64,000 nucleotides of DNA from an uncultured Actinomycetes bacterium (GTDB taxonomy: Bacteria; Actinomycetota; UBA4738; HRBIN12): NCBI GenBank assembly GCA_963765865.1, contig CAVXYE010000018.1, positions 458,476-522,475 on the forward strand. Direction: 5' to 3'. Shown piece after piece: positions 1 through 10,262 of this stretch (the stretch's first letter is position 1; each line of letters starts with the position of its first letter). The notes beneath the pieces are model-generated. The model was given only the letters and a program-made list of their open reading frames with translations. It was not told where the DNA came from and did no database searches. The translations under genes and the position numbers were made by a program.

Positions 1-157
1 CTTCCACCTGATCGAATTCGAGGATCTTCAGGACCTTCCAGCGACCCGTCACTGAGGCCACGAACTTGAGGCCCTTGACGGGCATCTTGCCCGCCTTCCT
101 GATGACGTCGACCCGGCCATAGTCCGCATCTGGCTCGAACACGAACACGGTGCCCAT
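1..157 (-). CDS. hypothetical protein, 3' part only (gene runs off the window start)
   Basis: ATG at 157-155 preceded by a strong RBS (GGGAGGGGGG). GC3-rich frame translating MGTVFVFEPDADYGRVDVIRKAGKMPVKGLKFVASVTGRW... No family recognised. Confidence 0.45.
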   Translation of the reverse strand, partial: MGTVFVFEPDADYGRVDVIRKAGKMPVKGLKFVASVTGRWKVLKILEFDQVE

Positions 158-343
158 ACCAACCCCCCTCCCAGTGGAAACAGCCGTAGTTGACGCCCTT
201 TCGACTGAGATAGCAAACCGGCTAAGGGACCGGATCCCTGTTGCACGGGGTCGCGCCACCGGGACGTCGCGCCGCCTTCATACCTCCCCGCGCGCCGATC
301 GAACCATCGCCGGGAGGCGGCCTTGGAACGGTCCATCGGGCCT

Positions 344-586
344 TCAGTTCACGTAGCCCTCGACGGTTCGCTCGTCGCGCACCTTCGCCTCATCGGGATC
401 GAGCCCCGCATCACGCCGGGCGCGCCGTTGATGGAGGAGATCCCACGACTGGTCGAGGGTCACCTCCAGATGCCGCAGGCGCTCCACGTCCGCTTCCGTG
501 GCCTCGCCTCGCGACTCCTTCTGGAACAGCTCGTGCTCTTCCGCTGCGAGCTCGTTGATCCGCTTCAAGATGTTCTCGTCTTCCAC
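344..586 (-). CDS. DUF2630-like small protein
   Basis: 80-aa ORF MEDENILKRINELAAEEHELF...LDQSWDLLHQRRARRDAG. Resembles the small actinobacterial DUF2630 proteins as recalled from memory. Confidence 0.55.
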   Translation of the reverse strand: MEDENILKRINELAAEEHELFQKESRGEATEADVERLRHLEVTLDQSWDLLHQRRARRDAGLDPDEAKVRDERTVEGYVN

Positions 587-874
587 GGTTGCACCTCCTT
601 CTGACGAGCCACCCTACAGACCCCTGGCCGGAAGCCGGGCGTCGAACCATATCCGCTGGCATCGCGACAGTTCGCCTTCGACCTGCGCATACTCGAGGCA
701 GGACACGAACCCGTCAGTGGCGGGAGAAGAGGTATCACGGGTTCGTCTCCACCGAATCCGTCCCACCGACCTTCTCGGGCCTCGTGAGCCGACACTTCGG
801 AGCGATCCTCAGCTCCCGACCGTCTCACCACTCGCCTCGGCCGCTTCGGGACATCTATCGAAGGAGTACGCACC

Positions 875-1180
875 ATGCAGGCATTGCGTATCGCGAACTA
901 CAAGGTCATCAAGGGCACGTTCCCCGAGCTCGCCGAAGAGGCGAAGGGCGGCATGCTCGATACCTTCAAGACGCAGCCCGGCTTCATCCGCTATGGACTC
1001 GCCGACACCGGCGAAGGCACGTGCGTGTCGATCAGCCTATGGGAGACGCACGCCCAGGCCGACGCGGCGACGACCGTCTCCGCTACCTGGGTCCGCGAGC
1101 ACCTCGCTGACCGAGTGGAGCTCCGCTCGAACCAGGTGGGCGACCTCGCCTTCTACGAAGGCGTGCGCGCAGCCGTTTGA
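875..1180 (+). CDS. ABM-domain (antibiotic biosynthesis monooxygenase-like/Dabb) protein
   Basis: 101-aa ORF with GGAG RBS at about 8 nt. Ferredoxin-like ABM pattern (FKTQPGFIRYGLADTGEGTCVSISLWETHAQADA). Confidence 0.6.
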   Translation: MQALRIANYKVIKGTFPELAEEAKGGMLDTFKTQPGFIRYGLADTGEGTCVSISLWETHAQADAATTVSATWVREHLADRVELRSNQVGDLAFYEGVRAAV

Positions 1181-1197
1181 CCGACCGTCTCTCGGAT

Positions 1198-1222
1198 GGG
1201 AAGCCCCGATCGGGGGCTTCCC
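1198..1222 (+). terminator. stem-loop immediately after the ABM gene stop
   Basis: Perfect 10-bp inverted repeat GGGAAGCCCC-gatc-GGGGCTTCCC 18 nt after the TGA at 1178-1180. No U-tract, as is common in high-GC genomes. Confidence 0.4.
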
Positions 1223-1495
1223 TCCGGGGACACACGCACGAGCGGTACCACGTCGAGCGACAGGAAGGGACGTGACCTGATGAGGACACGAGGGAACGAA
1301 CGCTTCGGGATCTGGACGAAGCCGCGGCTCAGGCGCGTGCCCGAGTCTGCCAAGCGCGTTCTCCGGGACTCGGTGTCGCCCGCGCGTCGCACGACCATGT
1401 CGCGGTGGGAACGATGGGGACCAACGATCGCTCCCCCGCGTCGCCGACCGACCCCGTCTCCGGGTCGTCGAGACACGTCCCGCATCCTCCCCTCG

Positions 1496-2396
1496 CTAGG
1501 AGCGGGCCTCGAGATCGGGGCGTCGCTCGAGCGCGGCGCCCAACCGATCGAGCGACGGCTCGGTCATCGGTTGCAGCAGCACGATCAGATGGTCGATCCC
1601 GAGTCGCGCGTACGCCTCGATCGCATCAGCCAACTCTTCGACCGACCCCGCGAACTCGTTCTCCTCTGCGGGCGCGTCGACGCCGGGATCGCGAACGACC
1701 ATCCCGACGGTCCTCGCCATCGTTCCGGGGTCGCGACCCTCGTCCTCGAGGGCCTCCGTCGAGAGCGGCGAGCTGCCGAGCGAGCCGGTCATCCGGTACG
1801 CCGTACCACGCCGTGTTCCACGCGTCGGCATGCCGAGCCGCCAGGCGCAGCATCCGTGGTCCCTCCCCCGCGACGAGGATCGGGATCGTGCGGCGAGCAG
1901 GAGGGAACAGCCGGGCGTCGCGCGTCCTGTGGTAACGCCCGGTCACGGTCACGCGCTCGCCTCGGAGCAGCGGGGTGATGATCCGGAGCGACTCCTCGAA
2001 CCGGGCCACCCGGTGGTCCTTCGGGAACCCGAAGGCGTCGTACTCCGGGTCGTGCCACCCCGCTCCGAGCCCGAGGATCACGCGGCCGGCGCTCACCTCG
2101 TCGGCGCTGACGGCCATCTTCGCCGTCAGTCCCGGGCTCCGGAAGCTCGTACAGAGCACGAGGGTGCCGATCTCGACCCGCTCCGTGCTCGCGGCGACGG
2201 CGCTCACGATCGTCCATGCCTCGTGCATCCCCTGGATCGACCCGGCCTCGGTCTGATCGAAGAGATGGTCGAACATCCATACCGAATCGAGGCCCTGCGC
2301 TTCGGCCGCCCGCGCGAAGGACCGGATCGCCGGCCATCCGGGCGTCTCGCCCGGGCCGTCGGCCTCGGCGGCCGGGAGGATCACGCCGATCTTCAC
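1496..2396 (-). pseudogene. LLM-class (luciferase-like) F420/flavin-dependent oxidoreductase; apparent frameshift near 1800
   Basis: N-terminal two thirds in the 1626..2729 frame (GTG at 2396: VKIGVILPAAEADG...GLGAGWHDPEYDAFGFP...). C-terminal third in the 1496..1831 frame (...TMARTVGMVVRDP...DAIEAYARLGIDHLIV), typical of the LLM C-terminus. A single indel joins them. Confidence 0.7.
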
Positions 2397-2488
2397 GGCG
2401 CCGAGTCTAGGTGCGACGTCCCTGCTCGTGCCGCTCGCCCGCCGGATCGTCGTCGACCGCCGAGCTGCGCCTGTGGAACGATGTGGCG

Positions 2489-3229
2489 ATGGGAGCCGAG
2501 CGCACCCCGTACTACCGCGCCGATCTGGCGCTGATCCATCACGAGGGGTTCGCCTTCCATGCCGAAGACTGCGCGCCGGGCATCCTCTCGTTGCTCGAGT
2601 CCGTCCGTTCGCGCCACGGCCTCGTCGTCGAGCTCGGCTGTGGGAGCGGGCTGTTGACGAAGCATCTCGTCGACGCCGGTCATCGCGTGATCGCCACCGA
2701 CGCCTCCCCGGCGATGCTCGACATCGCACGCGAGTACGCCGGCGCCGTCCAGGAGATCCGGCGTCTGACGTTGCCCGACGACCCGATCCCGGCTGCCGAC
2801 GCGATCGTGTCGGTTGGTCACGTCGTGAACTACCTGCCGGACGCGGACGCGATCGAGCGCGCCCTCGTGGCGATGGCGGAGGCGCTCCAACCGGGCGGTC
2901 TGCTCGCGATCGACCTGTGCGACCTGTCGTACGGAGAGGCGAGGTCGGCCCCGTCCACGGGTGGATGGGTCGCGGACGACTGGGCCATCATCACCGAGCG
3001 CTCCGTTCCTTCGCCCGATCGCTTCGTGCGTCAGATGGCGATCTTCATGAAGAACGAGGACGGATCGTGGCGGCGCGACGACGAGCGCCACGACAACGTG
3101 CTGATCGACACCAGCTCGGTGCCCGAGTTGCTGTCCCGCCACGGCGTGCACGCGGATGTCGGGCAGGCGTTCGGAAACGAACGCTTGCCGGAAGGCCTCC
3201 GCACGCTGATCGGGCGTCGGGAGGCGTAG
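2489..3229 (+). CDS. class I SAM-dependent methyltransferase
   Basis: Motif I VVELGCGSGLLT and post-I acidic residue. Start taken at MGAERTPYYRADL, since the upstream part of the ORF is low-complexity read-through. Confidence 0.7.
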   Translation: MGAERTPYYRADLALIHHEGFAFHAEDCAPGILSLLESVRSRHGLVVELGCGSGLLTKHLVDAGHRVIATDASPAMLDIAREYAGAVQEIRRLTLPDDPIPAADAIVSVGHVVNYLPDADAIERALVAMAEALQPGGLLAIDLCDLSYGEARSAPSTGGWVADDWAIITERSVPSPDRFVRQMAIFMKNEDGSWRRDDERHDNVLIDTSSVPELLSRHGVHADVGQAFGNERLPEGLRTLIGRREA

Positions 3230-3239
3230 TCTCGGGCCC

Positions 3240-3449
3240 GTGCTCGGCGAGGAAGAGGTCGTGGTCCTGGACGTGAAGCCGGTCGACCTGCACGGCGTGA
3301 TCTACCGGGACGTGACCGTCACCTTCCCCGACCGGTCGATCGGTCAGGCTCGGCTGGGCCCGGAAGGCGTCCCCACGGATCTCGAGCCGGGCGATGTCGT
3401 GTTGGCGACGAAGGTCGTCAACATGATCGTCTCGCTGCGCCGTCCCTGA
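3240..3449 (+). CDS. small hypothetical protein (69 aa)
   Basis: GTG start. Near-100% G/C at third codon positions over the whole ORF, consistent with real coding. No family recognised. Confidence 0.5.
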   Translation: MLGEEEVVVLDVKPVDLHGVIYRDVTVTFPDRSIGQARLGPEGVPTDLEPGDVVLATKVVNMIVSLRRP

Positions 3450-3464
3450 ACCGGTCGCTCGTCA

Positions 3465-3986
3465 TCACTCGGTGTCGGTCCAGCCGAGCCAGCCGAGGAT
3501 CTCGGACGCGACCGTCCGAAGCGGCCGGTCGTTCGGGATCGAGCGGTCGCCGAGACCGACACCTTCGCCGGCCGCGAGCCAGGCTTCCGCGTCACGGAGG
3601 TCGTCCCGGCGGGCCGCCGTGATGTCGGGCGCGAGCCGCCGCTCGATCTCGGAGAACGGAACGGTGAGCTCGACGACCCTGAGCGGCATGGACAGGGCAG
3701 ATCGCAGGCTCGCCAGCTCCGCTGGGGTCCTGATCGAGCGAGCGAGGATGAGGTACCGGACGCCGGCGCCGAGGTAGTTCGTCATCACCGGAGCCAGGTT
3801 CGCGAGCATCATCCGATGCTCGGAGCCCTCCGCCCCGCCCGCCCATCCCCAACACAACCAGTCGAGGTCGATCACCGCGTACGGGAGACCACGCTGCTCG
3901 AGCACGTCGGCCATCTCGATCGCCACCGAGCTCTTCCCGGTGCCGAACAGGCCGGTGATGAGCACGGCCTGCGGCTCATCCTGCAC
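3465..3986 (-). CDS. P-loop NTPase (AAA_33/kinase-like ATP-binding protein)
   Basis: GTG start at 3986 with AGGAG RBS. Walker A GLFGTGKSS. Stop of the upstream peptidase lies 7 nt away, so co-transcription is likely. Confidence 0.6.
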   Translation of the reverse strand: MQDEPQAVLITGLFGTGKSSVAIEMADVLEQRGLPYAVIDLDWLCWGWAGGAEGSEHRMMLANLAPVMTNYLGAGVRYLILARSIRTPAELASLRSALSMPLRVVELTVPFSEIERRLAPDITAARRDDLRDAEAWLAAGEGVGLGDRSIPNDRPLRTVASEILGWLGWTDTE

Positions 3987-5931
3987 GATCGATCTCCTCC
4001 GATCCCGTGGGCCTGAGGTACCGATCGAACCAGGCTTGCGTCCGCAGGATCGCATCGCGCGCGTGAGCCCGTTCGAAGGGCACGTGCCCCTCGCGCGGGT
4101 AGACGACGAGCTCGGTGTCCACACCCGTCCGTGCGATCGCCGCGAAGAGCTCCTCGGCTTGTCCGACCGGCGTGCATCGGTCCATCGCCCCTTGGATGAT
4201 CAGGGTCGGCGTGGTGCACGCCGCCGCGTGATACACGGGAGACCAGCGAACGTAGGGGCCGTTCGGGTCGGCCCATGCGTCACCGATGATGAAGTCGTCG
4301 AACGCCGCGATGTCCGCCGTGAGGTGGAACGACACCCAGTCGGCGATCACCGAGTTCGCCACCGCCGCCGCGAACCGGTCGGTCTGCGTGACCGCCCACG
4401 CGGTCATGTATCCCCCGTAGGAGAGCCCGGAGATCCCGAGGCGGGCGGGGTCCGCCAACCCGCGTTCGATGCAGAGATCGATCCCGGCCATCACATCGGC
4501 GAAGTCCTTGCCGCCGGGATCGTCGATCACGGCCTGCGCGAACGCGTGATCCCGGCCGTTGCTTCCTCGTGGGTTGGGCAGCAGCACGGCGTAGCCGGCG
4601 TTGGCGAGCAACGTCGCGTTCGGTTCGGAATCCGAGAAGTATCCGTTCCAGCACCACGACGGTCCTCCGTGGACGAGCGCGAGCAACGGGAAGGGCCCGG
4701 TCGCGCCCCGTGGCGTGAGGAGGAGTCCGTCGATCCGCAGCCCGTCTTCCGCCGACCAGCTCAACGCTCGGATGTCGGGGAAGACGACGCCGTCGACGAT
4801 CGCGTCGTTGAACGAGGTCAGCCGCTCCCATCCCCGCGTCGCGTGATCGAACCGAGCGAGCTCGGGCGCGATGCCGTGCGCCTGGTGCGTCGTGTACACC
4901 ACCTCGCCGCCGCTCGAGACGGCGCAACTCGGCTTCGTGATGTCGCCCCCGATGAACGGAGCCCCCGCCCAGAGCTCCTCTCGAGATCCGTCCAGCGTGA
5001 TCCGGCCGCACGCGGTGCCGGTGCCGTCGTAGCGCGCGTACCAGAGGGTCGCGGGGTCGCACCAGTCCACGAGGCCGACGGTCTCGAGGCCCACCCACGG
5101 ATCCGCGGCGGCCCCCGTGGCGATGTCGACGATCTTGACGCTGCCGCTCAGCATGCCGTGGTCGCTCGAGTAGCCCTCCACGATCGCCGCGCGGACGCCG
5201 TCGGGTGCGAGCGTGAGCCCCTCGAGCTGCCACGTCGGCCGATACAGGGTGGTGGCGGTTCGGCTCCCGAGATCCAAGCGAGCGACGGTGCACCGGTACC
5301 AACCCGATCCCCCGGACTCCTCCGACGTCAGGGCGACGACGGTGTCGTCGCCGTCCCAGTCGACCTCCCAGACACCGCGTCCCGGCGGGCCGACCTCGTC
5401 GACCTCGCCGGAGGCGAGGTCGACGAGGAACAGTCGGCGCCAGGCGTCGCCGGGGCGCCGCACGATCGGATCCGGGTCGGGCTCCGACCCGGTGACGGCC
5501 ACCGCCGACCAATCCAGCCCGTAGGACCACGGGTCGGCCACGAGGACGAGGAGCCTCGAACCGTCGCTCGACCACAGGAGCTGCTCGGCCGAACCTCGGA
5601 AGGTTGCCGCGAGCTCCGGCTCGCCGCCCATCGCCATGGTGTACGGGAGGTGGTGCCCACGCAGGAGTCGGTCCGAGAGGAACCCGAGACGCGAGCCGTC
5701 GGGAGACCACACCGGCGACCGGTCACCCCAGTCCCCGCCGGTGAGCCTCGTCACGCGGCCGTCGACGCCGAGCGACCACAGATCGCTCGGGATCGACACG
5801 CCGCGTTCGGAGACGGTGGCGTGCACGCTGAACACCACGTTCCCGTCCGGTCCGATCGCGATGTCCGCCGGGGTTCGGACGTTCAGGAGGTCATCCACCG
5901 TGGGACGCCGTGTCGGTGCGTCGCCTGCCAT
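3976..5931 (-). CDS. S9 family peptidase (prolyl oligopeptidase/acylaminoacyl-peptidase-like, beta-propeller plus alpha/beta hydrolase)
   Basis: 651 aa. Catalytic GLSYGGYM nucleophile elbow and C-terminal hydrolase domain. N-terminal WD/beta-propeller-like repeats (PDG...SPDGSRL). GGAG RBS before the ATG at 5931. Confidence 0.8.
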   Translation of the reverse strand: MAGDAPTRRPTVDDLLNVRTPADIAIGPDGNVVFSVHATVSERGVSIPSDLWSLGVDGRVTRLTGGDWGDRSPVWSPDGSRLGFLSDRLLRGHHLPYTMAMGGEPELAATFRGSAEQLLWSSDGSRLLVLVADPWSYGLDWSAVAVTGSEPDPDPIVRRPGDAWRRLFLVDLASGEVDEVGPPGRGVWEVDWDGDDTVVALTSEESGGSGWYRCTVARLDLGSRTATTLYRPTWQLEGLTLAPDGVRAAIVEGYSSDHGMLSGSVKIVDIATGAAADPWVGLETVGLVDWCDPATLWYARYDGTGTACGRITLDGSREELWAGAPFIGGDITKPSCAVSSGGEVVYTTHQAHGIAPELARFDHATRGWERLTSFNDAIVDGVVFPDIRALSWSAEDGLRIDGLLLTPRGATGPFPLLALVHGGPSWCWNGYFSDSEPNATLLANAGYAVLLPNPRGSNGRDHAFAQAVIDDPGGKDFADVMAGIDLCIERGLADPARLGISGLSYGGYMTAWAVTQTDRFAAAVANSVIADWVSFHLTADIAAFDDFIIGDAWADPNGPYVRWSPVYHAAACTTPTLIIQGAMDRCTPVGQAEELFAAIARTGVDTELVVYPREGHVPFERAHARDAILRTQAWFDRYLRPTGSEEIDRAG

Positions 5932-6069
5932 GCGTGCTCCTCCCTGACCGAGACTCTGTTCCGGACGCTACCCGAACCGACCGTGCGGACCTCGTCGGTC
6001 GGTTCCCGGCGGCCGATGCATCAGACGCGTAGCGAGGGTTGAGAAGCGGCCTCTCGGAGCGATCGCCCG

Positions 6070-6641
6070 TCACGAGGCGCGCTCGCGCCACTCGCGATCG
6101 AGGATCGCGTAGACGGCCTCGCTCTGCCACTCCCCCTTGAGGTACTCGTTCTCGACGAAGTGCGCTTCGCGGCGCATCCCCAGCTTCTCCAAGACGCGGG
6201 CCGATGCGACGTTGCGTGGTTCGAGCCGCCCGATCACGCGGTGCAAGCCCAGCTCCTCGAACGCGATCGAGAGGACCGCGCGGCCGCCCTCGGTCGCATA
6301 TCCGCGTCCGTGGTGGTCCGGATGGATGATGTACCCGAGCTCGCCGCCTGCGTGCTCCCGGCTGAAGACATCGAGGGTGAAGTCACCGATCACGTCGCCC
6401 GTCTCCTTCAGCTCGACCGCGAGAGCCAGGAAGTCGCCCTCCGCAGACGATCGTCGTCGCCCTGATCTTCCTGTCCAGCGCCTCGCGAACCTGGTCCTCG
6501 GTGCGCGCGTCCCACAACAGGTAGCGCGTCACGTCGGGCGCGGGATTGGTACGCGTAGAGCGATGCGAAGTCGGCCGGCGTGAACGGACGGAGGAGGAGC
6601 CGCTCCGTCTCCACGGAGGACACGGGCTTGCCGAGGTTCAC
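6070..6641 (-). pseudogene. GNAT family N-acetyltransferase (RimJ/RimL-like); two apparent frameshifts (about 6535 and about 6445)
   Basis: Three consecutive frames carry MNLGKPVSSVETERLLLRPFTPADFASLYAYQSRA / DVTRYLLWDARTEDQVREALDRKIRATT / EGDFLALAVELKETGDVIGDFTLDVF...HRVIGRLEPRNVASARVLEKLGM. Confidence 0.65.
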
Positions 6642-6651
6642 GCGCGCAAGG

Positions 6652-8326
6652 CTACTTGCGGATCAGCACGACGACGTCGAGGGTGCCGCCTGCCGAGCCG
6701 AAGGGCTCGACGCGGATCGTGAGCTCGTCGCCCTTGACGAGATCATGGCCGCCGAGCGAGCTCGGGATGCGGAGGTTGTAGAGGTACATCCCGTCCGACC
6801 TCCCGCATCACGCCCGGCTGGTCGACGGCTGCCACGGACGAGGCCGGATACGTGTCATCCGCGTGAACCAGCGTGATGGCCGGAGCCAGGCCGGCCCAGG
6901 AGACACCGTCGCACGCGATCCGCACCTTCACCGGGACCACCTGACCGGTCTGGACCAGGTCCTTCCCGGACCCGAGCGGCGGCAGGACCGCGCCTTCGCC
7001 CACCGAAACCGTGGCGTCGGAGGTCGCGGAATCGGAGCCGCCGTCGTCGTCGGCCACCGTCGCGTCCAGCGCGTACGTTCCGCACGAGGAGTAGCTCCGC
7101 GTGTAGGTCGTCGTCAGGCCGCCGGCGTTCCCGGCGCCCCCGTCGAACCACCAGGTGAAGGTGTCCGCGGTCCCCGGATCGGTCGCGGTCGCCGTCCAGA
7201 TCACGTCGCTGCCGGCGAGCGCGGTCGTCGTGCTCGGCGTGAGCGACACGATCGTGGGCGGAACGTTGTCGGCCCGCCACGAGAAGACATCCGTGGCCGT
7301 GCCGCCGTTCCCGTCCGAGGCGGTGACGGTGACCGATCCGCTCCCATCGTCGAGCGGTACGTTGCGCCACGACCACCGGCCGTTGCCGTGGTCCGTCACG
7401 GACCCCGCTCCCGCACCCGTGATCGTCAGGGGGTCGCCGTCGGGATCGCTGAACGATCCGTGCGTGACGAGGGCACTTCCCTCGTCACCCGACGCGTTGG
7501 CGCCGTGCTCCTGCACCGCCGGGGGCCGGTTCGGCGGTGTGGAATGGCCGAAGGTGATCTGAAGGGCGCAGGTGTCTTCGCACGTACCGAACGAGCCGCC
7601 GAGATCGAGCGAACCGGCGACGGTGAAACCGTTCGGAGCGTCGAAGTCGTACCCGGACCCGAGCCAGTCCTTGCTCGAGCCGGCACCCGGGTTGAACGAC
7701 CCGAGCGACACACCCGCGTCGACCGTCGCTCCGCTCAGCACCATCTTCGTTCCCGTCTGCCGGTCGTCGACCGACAGCCGTAGCGAGTCGACATCGTTGA
7801 GCGCCGCTTGGGCCTGCGCGAGGCTCCATCCCTTCGCGGTGGCGAGCTCTTGCGTGAAGTTGGTGAACACGACCGTGCAGCTGAGCGACGGATTGGTCAG
7901 CGTCGAGGTCAAGGTTCCTGCGGAGCGATCCCACGTCATCGTGAAGCGATTGGCGGAAGGGTTCGCGACCGTGCCGACCGCGTAGATGCCCTGACAATCG
8001 CCGCTCCGCGAACCCGTGTTGCCGTTCAGGAGGAACCTCGGAACGGTGAAGTTCGCTTCGATCCGGTTGGTCGTCGGAGCGAGATCGGCGACGCCGAGGA
8101 ACTCATCTCCCGTGTTGGCGAGGGAACCGATCGATCCGAGCCGTATCCCGCCGTAGCTCGTGAAGGTTGCGGGGCTGGGGGTGCTCACCTGGATCCCGGC
8201 CGGCCCCACATCGGTCCCGGCGTGCGCGGCGCTCGTGACGAACATGGTCAGGACGACCGTCGTCGCGGCGACCACCGCTCTCCCCTTCAACCGCCCCGAC
8301 CTCCTTCGCCCCCGACGCTCCAGCAC
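6652..8326 (-). pseudogene. secreted PKD/Ig-like repeat protein (signal peptide; Thr/Ser/Gly-rich); apparent frameshift near 6800
   Basis: Signal peptide VVLTMFVTSAAHA. Repeated DPDGDPLT / GGSDSATSDATVSV PKD-like modules. The last about 45 codons (MYLYNLRIPSS...VVLIRK) are GC3-rich only in a different frame, ending at the TAG at 6652-6654. Confidence 0.6.
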
Positions 8327-8457
8327 ACGTGAGGCGTCCCTCTAGGTATCGGCACACCGACCCCTGTTCCTACAGTGCGGGTTGTAGGTCAAGCGGCCCC
8401 CGCTGGTCGACGGAGGCGTGCGAGGAAGTTCGGGTCGCACGGCAGGGCGCCCAGAGC

Positions 8458-9456
8458 TCAGACGGCTCGGAGCGGGGCGGGTCGGGTCACGTGCTGGACC
8501 TGCCCGGGGAGCGTCACCACGAAGCGAGCGCCGCCGCCCGGCCGGTCCTCGACCCGGGCGGTCCCGCCATGCAACTCGGCGAACCGCTGCACGAGCGACA
8601 GACCGATGCCCACTCCGCCACGTGCACCCGCACCTTGGCGGAAGGGTTCGAAGATCTCGTCCTTGACGTCGTCGGGCACCCCGGGGCCCTCGTCTTCGAC
8701 GACGACGACCACCCCCTTGTCCCGTTCGGTGACGACCACCTGCACGGCGGTCCCGGCGGGGGTGTGCCGGGCAGCGTTGTTGAGCAGGTTCTCCACGATC
8801 CGCTCGACCTTCGCTCGATCGACGTCGACGAGCATCGGCTCGCTCTCGATCCGGACCGGGTGTCCCGAGAGCGACGGAAGTTCCAGAGCGAGGCGGTCCG
8901 CCAGTTCGCCGACATCGGTGGGCTCACGTTCCGGCTGGAGCTGGCCGCGGCGGAGCCGGTCGAGGTCGAGGAGGTCGTCGACCAGGCGCGACGCCTTCCT
9001 TCCTGCCTGTTCGATCACGCCGTAGAGATCGTTGAGCTCGACGCCCGTCAGCTTGAGCTGGTCGGCGCGGCGGATCGTCTGCATCGCGCCGAGGATGCCC
9101 GCGAGCGGACCTTTGAGGTCGTGCGAGACCGCGTGGAGCAAGGTGTTCTTCATGTCGTTCTGCGCTCGCAGGTCGTCCGAGACCTCCTCCTGCGACTCGA
9201 GCTGCGAGCGCTGGCGCTTCGCATGGTCCCGGATGATGGCGAGGAGCCAGACCACGAACAGGAACACCGCGTACCAGACGAGGGCGTTCCACGACGGAAC
9301 CAGGACGTTCGTCTCGACCGACCGGACATCCGCGAGCTGCATCGCGACGGCGGCGAGACCGGCCACCAGGAAACCCCATGCGCGCCCGAGGTTCCAGGTC
9401 GCGATCAAGATGGGAAGCACGTAGAAGGGCGCGATCGAGACGTTCGGGCCGATCAT
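8458..9456 (-). CDS. sensor histidine kinase (3-TM sensor, HisKA, HATPase_c)
   Basis: H-box LLHAVSHDLKGPL. N, G1 and G2 boxes (NLLNNAARHT, EDEGPGV, GIGLSL). Start set at MIGPNV. An alternative upstream frame (to about 9580, GTG with GAGGA RBS) encodes another TM helix, so the true N-terminus may be longer. Confidence 0.75.
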   Translation of the reverse strand: MIGPNVSIAPFYVLPILIATWNLGRAWGFLVAGLAAVAMQLADVRSVETNVLVPSWNALVWYAVFLFVVWLLAIIRDHAKRQRSQLESQEEVSDDLRAQNDMKNTLLHAVSHDLKGPLAGILGAMQTIRRADQLKLTGVELNDLYGVIEQAGRKASRLVDDLLDLDRLRRGQLQPEREPTDVGELADRLALELPSLSGHPVRIESEPMLVDVDRAKVERIVENLLNNAARHTPAGTAVQVVVTERDKGVVVVVEDEGPGVPDDVKDEIFEPFRQGAGARGGVGIGLSLVQRFAELHGGTARVEDRPGGGARFVVTLPGQVQHVTRPAPLRAV

Positions 9457-9648
9457 GTGAGTCGGCGACACCGACGCCGACGACGAACAGGACGGCCACC
9501 GCGAGCACGTACGCCGGCGGCCGCCCCGAAAGGAACGCTTCCAGCGGAAGCGCCCGCCTGTCGCGATGATCGACGTCCACGGATGAGTCCTCGGCGAGCC
9601 ACGCATCTACCTTGAGTTCGGTAGGCGCCGCAGCCGATGACCGGAAGG

Positions 9649-10251
9649 TCAATCGCCGGTCAGAAGGGCGCGGATGGCCCGGAACGCTCTCCCGCGGTGG
9701 CTGATCCGATCCTTCTCGCCGGGCTCGAGCTCGGCCATCGTCCGGTCCCAGCCCACGGGCACGAAGATCGGGTCGTACCCGAAGCCACCGGTACCGCGAG
9801 GTTTCGTGGTAAGGGCTCCCTCGCAAAGACCCTCGACCGAGATGAGCTCCCCGCCCGGAGCCACGAACGCGGCCACGCACCGATAGCGGGCCGTGAGACC
9901 GGCGGCCGGGATCCCCCGGACCGAGCGGATCAGCTCGGCGAGGTTCCGCTCGTCGGTCGCGTCCGGACCCGCGAACCTGGCGCTCCTCGGGCCCGGCCGC
10001 CCTCCGAGCGCGTCGACCTCGATCCCCGAGTCATCCGCGAGGGCAGGGATCCCCACGGCATCCGCGACGGCTCGAGCCTTGAGGGCCGCGTTGTCGAGGT
10101 AGGTCTCCCCCGTCTCGTCGACCTCCGGGAAGGTGCCCGCGTCACGGTCGTGAACCGTGACCCACTCCACCGGCCAATCCGAGCAGATCCGGATGATCTC
10201 GACGAGCTTGTGCTCGTTCTTCGTCGCGAGCGCGATCCGTCGGCGGAAGCG
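9649..10251 (-). CDS. rdgB: RdgB/HAM1 non-canonical purine NTP pyrophosphatase
   Basis: RIALATKNEHKLVEI...SGIEVDALGGRPG..FGYDPIFVP. No canonical in-frame start. The ATG at about 10252 is out of frame by 1 nt (possible indel). Confidence 0.75.
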   Translation of the reverse strand, partial: RFRRRIALATKNEHKLVEIIRICSDWPVEWVTVHDRDAGTFPEVDETGETYLDNAALKARAVADAVGIPALADDSGIEVDALGGRPGPRSARFAGPDATDERNLAELIRSVRGIPAAGLTARYRCVAAFVAPGGELISVEGLCEGALTTKPRGTGGFGYDPIFVPVGWDRTMAELEPGEKDRISHRGRAFRAIRALLTGD

Positions 10252-10262
10252 CCATCCGGGCT

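Noticed and set aside
3940-6042. 700-aa ORF on the plus strand opposite the S9 peptidase. Similar very long antisense ORFs at 25691..28240 (opposite lon), 46833..49127 (opposite the AlkP gene), 50917..53196 (opposite soxA), 25033..26418 and 1196..1978.
   Set aside because: Arg/Pro/Gly-rich low-complexity translations with poor third-position G/C bias. They are typical stop-codon-poor antisense frames of a high-GC genome, and the opposite strands carry recognisable proteins.
8379-8398. Hairpin CCTACA-gtgcgggt-TGTAGG downstream of the histidine kinase as an intrinsic terminator.
   Set aside because: The stem is only 6 bp, the loop is large and there is no U-tract. It could equally be chance or a binding site upstream of the PKD-protein gene. 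It is too weak to call.
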